Source of the DNA: Dehalococcoidia bacterium
GTDB lineage: Bacteria > Chloroflexota > Dehalococcoidia > Lucifugimonadales > UBA3495
Reading direction: 5' to 3'
DNA length: 64,000 nucleotides
Assembly (NCBI GenBank): GCA_965220625.1
Contig: CBDCQN010000002.1
Coordinates: 278,622-342,621 of the forward strand
Part shown: piece after piece, positions 1 to 12,500 of the stretch
Numbering within the stretch: position 1 is the stretch's first letter
Layout: each line of letters starts with the position of its first letter
Notes under the pieces: generated by a model
Databases searched by the model: none
What the model saw: the letters and a program-made list of their open reading frames with translations, nothing else
What the model was told of the DNA's origin: nothing
Position numbers and translations under genes: made by a program

Positions 1-367
1 CCACGGCCATGGCGGCGGCGTTAGGGGCGGTCCTCCCGGCCGGGGTGGCCGTGACCCACCAGTAGTCGTCCAGCAGGTGCTCGGCCTCTACGTCCACCCT
101 CCCGGCGCCGGACCCGAAGGTATGCAGCAGAACGCGGTCGTACCCCTGCTGCCCCTGCAATCCCGCAGCCATCCACCCGGTGACTTGGTCCTTGAGGGCG
201 GGCCAGTCTTGGCCGCGGAGGGGGAGAAGGTCGTGCCCGTCCCCGGGCAGGAGCAGGTCCAGCATGTTGTTTAGCTGCGCCCGCAGCACCTCGTAGTCCT
301 TCAGGACCTCGGCCATCCGGGTGATCGTATGGACAACTTCGGTCATGTCCTTTTCCATGTCAACCAT
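1..367 (-). CDS. hypothetical protein, runs off the left edge
   Basis: Open frame MVDMEKDMTEVVHTITRMAEVLKDYEVLRAQL... with AAGGAG upstream; directly downstream of ssb on the same strand. Confidence 0.55.
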   Translation of the reverse strand, partial: MVDMEKDMTEVVHTITRMAEVLKDYEVLRAQLNNMLDLLLPGDGHDLLPLRGQDWPALKDQVTGWMAAGLQGQQGYDRVLLHTFGSGAGRVDVEAEHLLDDYWWVTATPAGRTAPNAAAMAV

Positions 368-390
368 GAGTCATTTCTCCTTGTGTGGTA

Positions 391-894
391 TCAAAAAGTC
401 AGGCCGGGTTGCTCACCCGGCCTGCTGGTCCGTGGGTCAAGTGGCCCGGGGCCGCCGGGCCGTCTCCAGCCGGAATGCCGGGCCAGCCGCCCGTCGGCCC
501 AGTACCCCTGGTCCGGACGCTCCTCGTTGATGCCCGGGTCCGGCTCCGGCGGGTCTCCCTCCCCCGCCGGGAAGAAGTGGAACTCCTTGGCGTTCACGAA
601 GTGGGCGACGCCCCGAGTGTCGTCGGCCCGGCAGTGCTCCCGGCCGGAGAACCGCCCGAAGAACCGCCCGAAGACATACACCTGCTGGCCTTTCCGGCAG
701 TGGGCCACGGCTGTGTCCATGTGGTAGCTCCACAGGTAGACCTCGAAGTCGTTGGTGTCCGGCGGCTGGTCATCGTCGTAGCGAGTCCGTACCGCCACCC
801 GGAGCAGGGCGTAGGGGATGCCGTCGTCCTTGCTGTAGCACTGCTCCGGGTCGCGGGTGAGGGTGCCGAAGAATTGGATGTGGGATCCGTTCAT
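391..894 (-). CDS. ssb: single-stranded DNA-binding protein (mobile-element type)
   Basis: GTLTRDPE...LRVAVR...FEVYLW...CRKGQQVYVFGR SSB OB-fold pattern; AAGGAG RBS. Confidence 0.8.
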   Translation of the reverse strand: MNGSHIQFFGTLTRDPEQCYSKDDGIPYALLRVAVRTRYDDDQPPDTNDFEVYLWSYHMDTAVAHCRKGQQVYVFGRFFGRFSGREHCRADDTRGVAHFVNAKEFHFFPAGEGDPPEPDPGINEERPDQGYWADGRLARHSGWRRPGGPGPLDPRTSRPGEQPGLTF

Positions 895-1607
895 GAGTCG
901 TCTCCTTCAGGTGTTTGGGTGTTCAGGTGGCCCGTTGTTCGGGCGTCCTGGGCGTTTGGGCCGTCGTATGGAAGACCGGCGCCCGGAGCTTCGAAACCGG
1001 GCCGGGGGCGTTCCCGGCCCAGGCTCTTCCGCCGTCCGGCTGGGTTCTCCCGGCTCGCGTTGCTTCATAGGCATCTCCTTGGGTCTGGTATTGGTGGACG
1101 GCCTGCCGCCCCCCGGTCGGGCCACATGGGTTGATGTGCGCTCCGTCCGTGGAACGCGGAGGCGGGGAAAACGGCTGGGCCGACGGCCTTACGGGCGGCG
1201 CGCTGCGCGCCGGCCCTGACCACCCACGAAAAACATCCGTAGAGCGGCTCCTCGAGCCGGGATTGGCCGCTTCCATTGCCGGGCGCGGGAACTGTGGAGC
1301 AGGCGGCCATTGAGCCGAATGTTCAATGGATTGGCGCTTTAGGCGATCGCCGATGTTCGTGGCGGCGGCGGTGAGGCGGCTCTTGCCACCGGTCACGTTG
1401 CGCCGTATAACGGACGCCTAGAGTCTCCGGTGGCCGCGGCCGGTCCATCATCGATCGCAGCGGGAGACCGGTCCCGTCTGCTCCGGGGTTCCGTGAAGAC
1501 GGCACATCCGGTGGCGCCCTTCCATTTCTTCGGGTAAAGATCAGAGGATGATGACAATCGGGTGACGGTGGCGGCAGATCGGGACTCGACGGAGCCGGCC
1601 TCTCTTA

Positions 1608-2522
1608 GTAACTATCTCAAAAAGGTATTAGTGTGAGAAGGAGAACACAAAAGCGGTGGGGTTAAGATAGGGGAAACCTGTGTGGTGGTGGATGATGGGA
1701 AAGAGCGAGTCCCTGCCAACGATCTGGGAAATACCGGATGATCTGTGGCAGCGAATTGAACCGGTGATTTTGGAGTTGGATCCCCCCAAGGCGAAGGGGC
1801 GCAAACGGGTGGACCAGCGGAAGATGCTGGAGGGCGTCATATTCCGCATGCGCAGTTCCTGCCAATGGAACCGCTTGCCCAAGGAGTTGGGGGATGACAG
1901 CACCATCCACCGGACCTTCCAGCGTTGGGTAGAGCGTGGGGTGCTGGAGGGTATCTGGGCCGTCCTGATCGAAGAATGCCGGGAGTTGGACGGCGTAGAT
2001 TGGGAATGGCAGTCCGCCGATTGCTCCATGGGAAAGGCGCGTTTTGGGGGGGCGCTATTGGACGCAATCCCACGGACCGTGGGAAGGCAGGAAGCAAGAA
2101 AAGCATCCTGGTCGACGGGGCCGGCGGGCCACTGAGCGTGGTGGTGGCCGGAGCTAATGTCCACGACACGAAACTCCTCAAGCCGACGCTGGAGAGCATA
2201 GTGGTGGACCTGCCGGAAGGCGTCCAGAACCTGTGCTTGGACAAGGGGTATGACAACCCCACAGGCCACCGGACCGTCGCCGAAGCCGGATACCAGCCGC
2301 ACATCCGGCGTATTGGCGAAGAGAAATTGGACCAATCGGGCGGGAAGACCCACCCAGCGCGGCGGTGGGTGGTGGAACGCACCCTGGGCTGGCTGTCCAA
2401 GTGCCGGGCGATACTGGTGCGCTACGACAAGAAGCCATCCAATTACCTGGGTCTGCTCCAACTGGCATGTGCCCTTACCTGGTACCGCCGTCAATGGAGC
2501 CTCGCTAATTTGAGATAGTTAC
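1608..2522 (+). mobile_element. complete IS5-family element (IS427-like) with two-ORF frameshift transposase
   Basis: 14-bp TIRs GTAACTATCTCAAA (1608-1621) and TTTGAGATAGTTAC (2509-2522); TTA duplicated on both sides; ORFs 1680-2135 and 1925-2518 overlap at TTTTGGGGGGG (~2042-2052); DKGYD and RWVVERTLGWL motifs. Confidence 0.92.
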
Positions 2523-2572
2523 TTAATCGTCTTGGCTGGATCATCTGAAATAAAGTCGCGAGTGACAGCTTC

Positions 2573-2935
2573 TTAATGCCAGTCGTGGGCGGCGGGCATG
2601 GGGACGCGGGAGTGGTTGTCCATCACGTCCGAGGCGACGACGTTGGCGGCTCCGTCCCACCGGGAGACCACGCCCCGGACCAGGAGCACATGACTTCCCA
2701 ACTGTCTCCGGCTCCGGTGGAAGACTCTGGGCCACAGGATTAGCTGCACGTCCCCGGTCTCGTCCTCGATGGTCACGAAGACGGTGCCGTCCTGCCCGCT
2801 GGGGTTGCTGCCGGGCCGCCGGCCATCCGGGCACCACAACCTCTTCTCCTTCCCCCACGTTCTCCACGGCGGCGGCGGGCATCACTGCGGAGTTAAGAGT
2901 GGGTCGCCCGAACTCCATCAGGTGCCCTTCGCGGC
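2573..2935 (-). pseudogene. dnaE2: 3' fragment of error-prone DNA polymerase DnaE2 (C-terminal OB fold), frameshifted
   Basis: GTVFVTIEDETGDVQLILWPRVF...VRGVVSRWDGAANVVA...HDWH; upstream part in another frame. Confidence 0.8.
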
Positions 2936-3313
2936 CTGCTAAGTCGTCGGCCGACCGTCTAAAGGCGGCCTCGTTGCGGTCCGAGTCAGCCGTAACGAAC
3001 GTTACCTGGCTTTCGCTCAACTGGGCCTCGGTTGCGATAAGCAACGGTGCAGTACGTCGCGCTTCCGTGATCGGACGATCGTGTACGTGGTTAAGCGGTT
3101 TTGAACGGCGGTGCTTTCGGAGAGTGGGTCTGGTAAGCTTCGATAACACGGTCGCACTGTCTCATTTCCACTCCAGCCTGCTGCGTTATTTTTACCTGTG
3201 TTGAGTTGTACAATCTCATATTCGAGCTGCCTGAAGGGTTGCACGCTGCCTGTACATTTCGTTGGCGTACAGATCCAACTGGCCCTGTCCACCGCAGGTG
3301 GTGTCGGAGGTAA

Positions 3314-4264
3314 ATGATGACCACGCTTTGGGATCCCAAGTCGCCTTCCATACGTCCGACTATCGTCTGTTACGCTGATCTTCTCGGATTCCGTGCGGAG
3401 ACACAGCGCGCTTTCCGGTCGGGCATAGGGGACGATTTTCTTCAGAGAATCAAGCCCTCCCTAGATAGGGCTTACGGCATAGTGCGCAGAGCTAAGACGG
3501 TCTACGGAACGCTTACTTCATTCGACATGAAGGTGTTCACCGACAATATCGTCGTCGCCTATCCGCTCCGCGACCAGTGCCAGGATGACGGGGAGAGAGA
3601 GCTTGGCACTATCCTGATGCTCTTCGCTCGGGTGCAAGCTAGCCTTGCGTCGGATGGATTTTTCCTTAGGGGCGCGATTGCTTATGGTAGCCACTACCAA
3701 GATGACGATCTTGCATACGGGGACGCCCTGTTGGAGGCCGTTGGCCTCGACCAGTCAGGGGGGGCACCCAAGCTGGTGATCGCGCCCTCCGTTGAGCCTT
3801 TGATAGTGAAGCAGCTGTCATCGTACGGTATCGGTGGTGGGGCACCGCACTATGAGGAACTGCTTGAAGATCCTCTTGATGAGTACTTGTTTGTCAACTA
3901 CCTTGGTGCGGAGCTTGGACATTTTCCAGAATATCCGATTCACCGGAAGCTTCTCCCGGCGCACAGGGAACGCGTGCTGAATGGATTGCGGGACCATAAG
4001 TCCGACCCTCATGTCCGGTGGAAGTACGAGTGGCTTGCCGGCTATCACAACTACGTTTGTCGCAGATTCGCTGAGCTACATGACCTGCAAGGCGATGAGG
4101 GAGCCGATCCTGAGCAGCAGTGCCATGGCGCAGAGGCGCAGCGCGCACTTGACTATCTCGTCCCTGTCGAGGGTGTGCAGTCCCCACGGCCACTTGATGC
4201 GAAGCGACTGCGACGTCGTCTTTCATCACCGCCTGAAGGCGAGCATCCGCTGCCCTTAGTTTAA
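3314..4264 (+). CDS. class III nucleotide cyclase-like protein
   Basis: YADLLGF, FTDNIV, LRGAIAYG, YGDALLEA motifs in class III cyclase order; GGAGG RBS. Confidence 0.65.
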   Translation: MMTTLWDPKSPSIRPTIVCYADLLGFRAETQRAFRSGIGDDFLQRIKPSLDRAYGIVRRAKTVYGTLTSFDMKVFTDNIVVAYPLRDQCQDDGERELGTILMLFARVQASLASDGFFLRGAIAYGSHYQDDDLAYGDALLEAVGLDQSGGAPKLVIAPSVEPLIVKQLSSYGIGGGAPHYEELLEDPLDEYLFVNYLGAELGHFPEYPIHRKLLPAHRERVLNGLRDHKSDPHVRWKYEWLAGYHNYVCRRFAELHDLQGDEGADPEQQCHGAEAQRALDYLVPVEGVQSPRPLDAKRLRRRLSSPPEGEHPLPLV

Positions 4265-4388
4265 GATGACCTAACCCGAAATCTGTTTCAGATCTGTTGG
4301 GTGCTAATTTTGGCTTTAGGGCGGAACTGGAATGAAACGACCGTTCAGCGCGATTGCGTACACCATGGGGGCACGCGCAGAGTAGTCC

Positions 4389-5651
4389 ATGAGAGGGCTG
4401 TACATGTTCATAGACTTCTTCGTGGCCTTGCTGAGACTCCCGATTGCAATCGCGTTCAGGATCAGAGGACTGGATTATCCACCCACAGCGAATACCTACC
4501 TATTTCGAGGTCTTCGGTACTTGCACAAGGATCCCACGCGTGCGATCACTGATTTTGACACCGCTATTAGCTTGAACTCATCGCATGCACTCGCCCACCA
4601 CTTCCGCGGTATGGCGCATCACCTCAAGGGAGATTACGACAAGGCAATTTCAGACTATGACAATGCCATTCAATATGACCCATCCTATGCCCCTTCTTTC
4701 ATCAATCGAGCTGAGGCCTTCTGCGAATTGGGGGATTTTGGAAACTCAGCCGATGACTACGAAAGCGCTGTTCTCCTTGATCCCGATTGCCTGCAAGGGC
4801 GCCAACCTCAGATTGTAAATGCCTACAATAGCCGAGGTTTGGGCTATCTCGAAAAAGAGGAATACGATCTCGCCATTGCGGATTTTGGAAAGGCCATACA
4901 ACTAGACCCTGAGGACCCTCAGGCTCTCGAAAACAGAGGCCGAAGCCTTGAGGCGAAAGGAGAACTCTCATTGGCGGCGCACGACTTTGAAGCTGTCCAT
5001 CCCATCCTGTGGCCTGAACTATACGATCCGGTTGACGCAGGAGAGATGGGGAGCGGTGATTATGAGCTGTTGGAAAAAGAAAATCGGGCCGCCGTACACA
5101 GCGAGCGGGCCATGGAACACTTCATCAGCGGTAATTACGATTTGGCGATAGCATGGCTCGATTCGGCCATCGGTATTGACCCGCTTGAAGAATCAAGCTA
5201 TTACAACCGAGGGTTGTCGTTTCTCGCAAAGGGCTTATACGACCGGTCCGTAGCTGACTTCAACTCTGTCATCGGACTAACTGACTCGACTGACTCGGTC
5301 GAGGCGTACAGCAAGCGGGACGAAACCTACATAGCAATGGGCGATGATCCCGCTGCAGCGGCGTGTTTCGTGAAAAGAGGCTTGGCCTATATTTCCGAGG
5401 ATTCGGAAGCCCGAAATGACGGTGCCCTTGCAGTCGTTACTTTCGACCACCTCAACTACTACCCCGGCCTGATAGCTGACTCAATACTGACGATATCCAA
5501 TTTAGCCATAGCCGACTTTGACGCGGCTCTATATTTCGATTCCCGAAATGTGGAGGCATATCGGGGCCGAGCTCTTGCTTATCGAATTAAGGGTGAGCAT
5601 GAACTGGCGGAAGCGGATTTTACGTCTGCAGACACTTTGGAAGGTAGTTGA
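4389..5651 (+). CDS. tetratricopeptide repeat protein
   Basis: Many AxxxRG...AIADFxxAIxLDP units. Confidence 0.9.
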   Translation: MRGLYMFIDFFVALLRLPIAIAFRIRGLDYPPTANTYLFRGLRYLHKDPTRAITDFDTAISLNSSHALAHHFRGMAHHLKGDYDKAISDYDNAIQYDPSYAPSFINRAEAFCELGDFGNSADDYESAVLLDPDCLQGRQPQIVNAYNSRGLGYLEKEEYDLAIADFGKAIQLDPEDPQALENRGRSLEAKGELSLAAHDFEAVHPILWPELYDPVDAGEMGSGDYELLEKENRAAVHSERAMEHFISGNYDLAIAWLDSAIGIDPLEESSYYNRGLSFLAKGLYDRSVADFNSVIGLTDSTDSVEAYSKRDETYIAMGDDPAAAACFVKRGLAYISEDSEARNDGALAVVTFDHLNYYPGLIADSILTISNLAIADFDAALYFDSRNVEAYRGRALAYRIKGEHELAEADFTSADTLEGS

Positions 5652-5844
5652 CGTCAGGGAGTTTCAACGAGCACCGGTCATCTCCTTCCAGGAGCGGGCC
5701 CAACCGATGCGCCGGAGGCGGTCCGGCCCGGAGGCCTGCTCCTGCGGCGCTATTCGCGGTGTTTTGTGCCCCTCGGTGTTGTTTTGGTGTGCAGACAATC
5801 ACCGTCGGGCGGCTAGGCGCGCCAGGACGGGAAGCCTGCAGGAG

Positions 5845-5990
5845 ACCCCGGGTCCGAAGCCACTCGAGGGCCTGCGGCTTGTCGAGACCCTGGTAACGGC
5901 GCAGCAGATCCAGGGCACCGCCGCCGCGGCCAGCCTCGAAGTCGCGCCAGCTGCCGGCGCGCTGGCCGCCGACCTGCCTCCAGCTCCTTG
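5845..5990 (-). pseudogene. fragment resembling the N-terminal region of a mobile-element primase
   Basis: Minus-strand translation GSWRDFEAGRGGGALDLLRRYQGLDKPQALEWLR. Confidence 0.45.
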
Positions 5991-6300
5991 TGCGGAGGTG
6001 ACAGTTTGCCGGCTCTGAGCTTTAACCCGAATCCACCGATGGACAGGGATGGACGGGGTGAGGACACTGGAAGAGGGGTGAGGAAGTTACGGAAGCGATG
6101 GTCCGGGGTCGATTCGGGTAGATGGTAGGTTGGCGGCGGTCTGCAGGCGCTTTTGGGGGTGCCGATGGCGGCTTACAGCGGCTGTGGTGAGGGAGATGGC
6201 GGGATAGGACACGGCAAGAGGCGCTCGCGGACCGGACTGGCGCGAGTTGGCGGGGACGTTCAGTTGGCGGGGACGTTGGGTCAGTGGCGGACGGGCGCCG

Positions 6301-7626
6301 TCAGGTTGGGAGTGGAATGGCTCGCAGCCGGGCCAGGGCGCGACTGAACTGGGTTTCCCAAGGCCAGCGCTGTGGCACATGCAGGGTGAGTCGGCGTGCC
6401 GAGCGGGTTAGCCGTCCGGCCAGGGCGAAGACCCGTCGTCTCAGGGTCTTGGTGGTGACGATCTGCTCACCCAGACCGATGCGGGCTGTCCAGCGGGCCA
6501 GGTTGTGGGCCATCGCCGGTACCGCGAGCCAGGCGGCGTTGGCGGCGAAACGTCCCGAGGGGAGATGGTTCAGCCCGACGCCGTACTTGAGGTCGCGTAT
6601 CGCGTTCTCGATCTCAGCGTGGCGGCGGTGGTCGGCCTCCAGTTCCAGGGTCTCTCCGTCCCGGTCGGTGATGAAGCCGTGATAGCTGTAGGTGGCGAAG
6701 AGGGCCAGTTGGGAACCGGGCGTCGGCTTGACCCTACGGACGATGAGCCGTACCGGCGAGGCGTCCGCCTCACTCTGGAACGGGGTGTAAGTCGTCTCGG
6801 CCACATCGGCGGGGCCGTCCATCCAGTAGGGAATGGGAGTCCAGTCCTCCTCTGGTATCGCCTCGATCAGGTCCCGCAGGCTGGCGCGCTGGCGAATGGT
6901 GATGGAGAAGCGGGCATCCATCCGGCGGCAGACGGCGACCACGGCGTGGGTATAGAAGCCGCTGTCGGCCCGCACCGTGAGTTGTCCCCTGGCCCCGCCG
7001 TAGCGAACCCGGCTCACCGTTTCACGCAGGAAGTGGGCGGCGCCCCGGGCGGTGTTGGCGCGGCCCTCGCGCAGCCGGGCCAGCAGCACGTCGCCGGTGC
7101 CGGCGGCGACGGCCAGCAGCGGGTGATAGCCACGGGCTCCGGTGTAGCCGTGGTGGCGCGCTCCCTCCTTGGCCATGCCGTAGGTCTCGCAGATGGTCGA
7201 GTCCAGGTCGATGGTCAGGGGCGAGTCACCGGGCCCGGCGCCGGCCTTCCAGGCCCGGGCCAGCAACTGGCGGCTCACCCGGTCGAGTTGACGGACGTGG
7301 CCCCACCTGAAGCTGCGCAGGAAGGTGCCCAGGGTGGATTGCGCCTTGACTGCGCAACCGATAGCGCAGGCCGTCGCACCAGCACGCAGCGCACCCGCGC
7401 CGTCGATGCAGTCGCCGCCCGCCAGCGCGGAAGCGATCAGCGTCAGCATCTTGTCCCCCGTGTTCGCCCGTCCCGGCGCGCCGATGAGGTCGAGGTGATG
7501 GTCAACGAGTTCGGGCAGGCCGAGATGCCGGGCCAAGGTGGCCGGAAGGAGCAGCCCGGCATTGGCCACCAGGCGGCGGTCGTCGAAGGTGATTTGGATC
7601 CGGTCGGGGTGGTGGCGTGGCAGCAT
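6301..7626 (-). CDS. IS1380-family DDE transposase, separated from its RBS by the IS110 insertion
   Basis: TIDLDST, GYHPLL, VRADSGFY and EIENAIRDLKYG motifs; ATG at 7626; RBS AGGAG now at 8814-8818. Confidence 0.9.
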   Translation of the reverse strand: MLPRHHPDRIQITFDDRRLVANAGLLLPATLARHLGLPELVDHHLDLIGAPGRANTGDKMLTLIASALAGGDCIDGAGALRAGATACAIGCAVKAQSTLGTFLRSFRWGHVRQLDRVSRQLLARAWKAGAGPGDSPLTIDLDSTICETYGMAKEGARHHGYTGARGYHPLLAVAAGTGDVLLARLREGRANTARGAAHFLRETVSRVRYGGARGQLTVRADSGFYTHAVVAVCRRMDARFSITIRQRASLRDLIEAIPEEDWTPIPYWMDGPADVAETTYTPFQSEADASPVRLIVRRVKPTPGSQLALFATYSYHGFITDRDGETLELEADHRRHAEIENAIRDLKYGVGLNHLPSGRFAANAAWLAVPAMAHNLARWTARIGLGEQIVTTKTLRRRVFALAGRLTRSARRLTLHVPQRWPWETQFSRALARLRAIPLPT

Positions 7627-7636
7627 CTTGTATCCT

Positions 7637-7815
7637 GACTTTGGCCTGCGACAATACCTCACCCGTGGTGGTCCGGAGCGCGGCAGACCGGTAGCATCTG
7701 GGTCATGGTAGACCGTCCAATAGCAAGGATCGCCCCATTCCCTAACGGTAGAACCCGGACAGTTGCCTGGGCCAATCGAGCCCGCATCGTGCAAGGAAGG
7801 GTCAACACTGAAACA
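7637..7815 (+). ncRNA. IS110 bridge RNA with target-binding and donor-binding loops
   Basis: GTAGCATCT (7691-7699) and CCAATAG (7717-7723) flank a GGTC/GACC hairpin; ACAGTTGC (7759-7766) and GTGCAAG (7789-7795) flank a GGGC/GCCC hairpin; these match the target and donor. Confidence 0.85.
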
Positions 7816-7825
7816 GGAGGTACAG

Positions 7826-8788
<963 letters not shown>

Positions 8789-8923
8789 CTTTCAAGACAG
8801 TTGCTATTGGGTGCTCCTTTTCTGGGGTCGGTTTTTGTTGCAAAACCATTATCCCGGATTCAGAGGAGCACCTTCCTGCCGCCCCAGGACGCTAACCCGA
8901 CGCCCTCCTTCGGTGGATTCGGG

Positions 8924-9348
8924 ATAAAGAGCAATCCGCCGACTGCCATTCCCAGTTCACCCCGCCCAACTCCTGGCATTCTTCTATCAGGACAGCCCAG
9001 ATGGCTTCCAACACCCCACGCTCCACCCAGCGTTGGAAGGTCCGATGGATGGTGCTATCGTATCCCAACTCCTTGGGTAAGTGGTTCCACTGGCAGCCGC
9101 TTCGCAGCCGAAAGATAATTCCTTCCAGCATCTTCCGCTGGTCCACCCGGTTACGCCCCTTCGATTTGGGCGGGTCTATCTCCAGTATCATCGGTTCGAT
9201 TCGCTCCCAAAGGTCGTCTGGAACATCCCAAATATTAGGTAACGGTTTCCCCTCCCGCACGATTCACCTCCACCCGCCTTTGGACACAATCCTAGCCACG
9301 ACCTTCACACATCAACTACAATCTGAAAGCGCAATTTGAGATAGTTTC
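8924..9348 (-). mobile_element. truncated IS5-family copy (orfA and left end)
   Basis: IWDVPDDLWERIEP... homologous to 1680-2135; TIR TTTGAGATAGTTTC at 9335-9348; cut by the IS1380 end. Confidence 0.85.
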
Positions 9349-9418
9349 TAACTGGGGGTTCAACAGCCAGGCCCGAACCAAACTTGATCGCCTCTACCCT
9401 TTCGATCTCAAGGTCGGA

Positions 9419-9483
9419 TACCAAGTAACAAGCAGTTACTTACCTCTGCGCAGCCCGGAACACGGGGATAGGGATGCTGAGTA
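9419..9483. repeat. 65-bp dispersed repeat, copy 1, containing an AAGTAAC-N5-GTTACTT palindrome
   Basis: 63/65 identical to 20306-20370. Confidence 0.9.
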
Positions 9484-9541
9484 TTATTGGAGTAAGGGCA
9501 TCTAGAGGAGACCAGGTCTGCTAAACTTTCGATTCCTCAAT

Positions 9542-12500
9542 GTGAAAACGTACACTCTATGGGTGTTCTCCGCGTTGCTCGCGATTGCCACGCTAGCCTG
9601 CGACGATGGTGCCGAGCCTGCCTCAAACCCAACCCCTTCGGCGCCATTGCAGGCCTCTGTCCCGACAACCGGCACACCCACCCCCACCGGCACACCCACC
9701 CCCACCGCCACGCCGCCGCCCACGGCCACACCACCGTCACCCACACCCACCGCCACGCCGCCGCCCACGGCCACACCACCGTCACCCACACCCACCGCCA
9801 CGCCGCCGCCCACGGCCACACCACCGTCACCCACACCCACCGCCACACCACCGTCACCCACCACCACGGCCACACCCACGCCGCCCACCCCCACGGCCAC
9901 ACCACCGTCACGCATCCCCTTTCCGCCCATGTCCGACGGGGCCGCGCTGAGGGCTCTCTTCGACGCTACGGACGGCGAAGGGTGGAGCAACAGCGACGGA
10001 TGGCTGTACCTCGAGGATCTCGGCCAGTGGCACGGCGTCACCACCGACGCCGCCGGCAGGGTCACCGCGCTGGACCTCGGCGGCAACGGCTTGAGCGGCG
10101 AGTTGCCAGAGGGACTGGAGTACCTGACCGAGCTGACCGAACTGGACCTCCGCGACAACCGGCTGAGCGGGCCGATGCCCGCCGAGCTGGGCACCCTCGT
10201 CAACCTGGAAGCGTTGTACCTCAACAACAACCAGCTATCCGGCACCCTGCCCGCCGGGCTTACATCTCTCACCGCCCTGACCGACCTGTGGCTGCACGAC
10301 AACCAGTTCAGCGGGGAATTCCCGCCCGCACTGACTAACCTCGCCGACTTGGAATCGGTGACCATCTGGCGGAACAAGTTCATCTGGGCCGACAGCTACC
10401 CGCCGGGGATGTTGGCCGACATGGTGGGCCTGGTTGCCCTCTACGAGGCCACGGGCGGAGACAACTGGGCTGACAAGTCCGGCTGGCAGGACGACCCGTC
10501 GGTGGCCGCGTGGATCGGCGTATCCATCGGCGGCGATGGCCGCATCACCGCGCTGGACCTCATCGAGAATGGACTGAGCGGGGAACTGCCTGCGGCCATC
10601 GGCAGCCTGGCCAGCTTGGCCTACCTATACCTCCACTCGAATCAACTGGGCGGCGAGATACCATCCACGTTGGGCAACCTGTCGAACCTGGAAGAGCTCA
10701 CACTGAACAACAACCAGCTCAGCGGCGATCTCCCTCCGGGAATCGGCAACCTTACCGGGCTGGGGAAACTGCACCTTCACTCCAACCAACTGAGCGGAAG
10801 CCTGCCCACTGGCCTTGGCGGCTTTGCCAGTCTCGAAGAGCTTTCCCTGCACTCTAACCGTCTGAGCGGCCAAATACCTTCCGAGTTGGGCAGTCTGGGC
10901 GAACTGAAGGTTTTGTGGCTTCACGACAACCAGTTCAGCGGAGAACTTCCGGGGGAGTTGACCAATATTACTGGCCTGGAAAGGGTGTCCCTGTGGGGCA
11001 ACCAGCTCACTTGGGCGGAGAGATACGCCCCCGGGATTCTGGCCAATATGGTGGCACTGGTGGCCCTCTACGAGTCCACCGCCGGCGACAGTTGGGAAAA
11101 CAAGTCCAACTGGCTCACCTTCTCACCTATCGGCCAATGGCACGGGGTGACCACCGCTGGCACCAACGACCGCATTATAAAGCTGAACCTGGAAAAGAAC
11201 AGATTGAGCGGCGAGATACCGCCTGAACTCGGCAATCTCACCAACCTGACGCGTTTGCACCTTTTCGAGAACGAATTGAGCGGGGAAATACCGCCCGAAC
11301 TCGGCAGGCTAACCAAGCTGGAACGGCTGCACCTCTCGTCAAACCAGTTGACAGGTGAGATACCGCCCGAACTCGGCAATCTGGCTAACCTGACGCGTTT
11401 GGACCTGTCCGAGAACGCATTGAGCGGGGAGATACCACCCGAACTTGGCAATCTCACCAACCTGACGCTTTTGGACCTCACCGAAAACGACTTGAGTGGG
11501 AAGATACCGTCGGCACTCGGCAACCTTGCCAGGCTTATAGCCCTGGGCCTCGGCGTCAACTCGTTGAGCGGGGAAATAGCGGCCGAACTTGGCAATCTGA
11601 CCAACCTGAACTTTTTGGACCTCACCGAAAACCACTTGAGTGGGAAGATACCGTCGGCACTCGGCAACCTTGCCAAGCTTACAGCCCTGAGCCTCGGCGA
11701 CAACCTGTTGAGCGGGGAAATTGCGGCCGAACTTGGCAATCTCACCGACCTGACGCTTTTGGACCTCACCGAAAACGACTTGAGTGGGAAGATACCATCG
11801 GCACTCGGCAACCTTACCAAGCTTACAGCCCTGAGCCTCGGCGACAACCTGTTAAGCGGGGAGATACCGCCTGAACTTGGTAGTCTCACCAACCTGACGC
11901 TTTTGGACCTCACCGAAAACGACTTGAGTGGGAAGATACCATCGGCACTCGGCAACCTTACCAAGCTTACAGCCCTGAGCCTCGGCGACAACCTGTTAAG
12001 CGGGGAGATACCGCCTGAACTTGGTAGTCTCACCAACCTAACTGAGTTGAATCTCGGCGAGAACCGATTGACAGGGTGCATACCTACCGGATTGCGGTAT
12101 GTGCCGAACAGTGACTTGTCCAGGCTCGGCCTGCCCTACTGCGTGGCCTCAGTGAAAGGCGCTATCCTTTACGACCGCCGGCCTATCTCGGAGTCGACCA
12201 ACGCACGTCCCATCTTTTGGGTCTCTAGCAGGAGTGAGCCGAGAACTCCACACACTGTCCCCACGGTGTACGATCCGGCTACGGCAGAGTACGAGGTACC
12301 TGACCTCCCGCCTGGTGATTACACCATCGGCGTGTACGTCGACAGTGGCGAACCATTCAATGGCAAGCATGGGTTCGCACTGGACTTCCGCGGAGTCTCG
12401 GGTTTCAAAGTCTCTCCGCAACAGGTATACAGGCTAAATCTAAGCCTACGCAAGGTGATCCACCTCACCAGTCCCGTAGACAATCAGCGTGCCCAACGTC

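Noticed and set aside
9419-9483. 65-bp repeat as a CRISPR repeat or integron attC
   Set aside because: Only two copies 11 kb apart, no spacers or cas genes, no integron integrase, and no RYYYAAC/GTTRRRY long hairpin.
9701-12036. Tandem repeats as a CRISPR array or DGR template
   Set aside because: They are in-frame coding repeats with no unique spacers, no adenine-specific variation and no reverse transcriptase.
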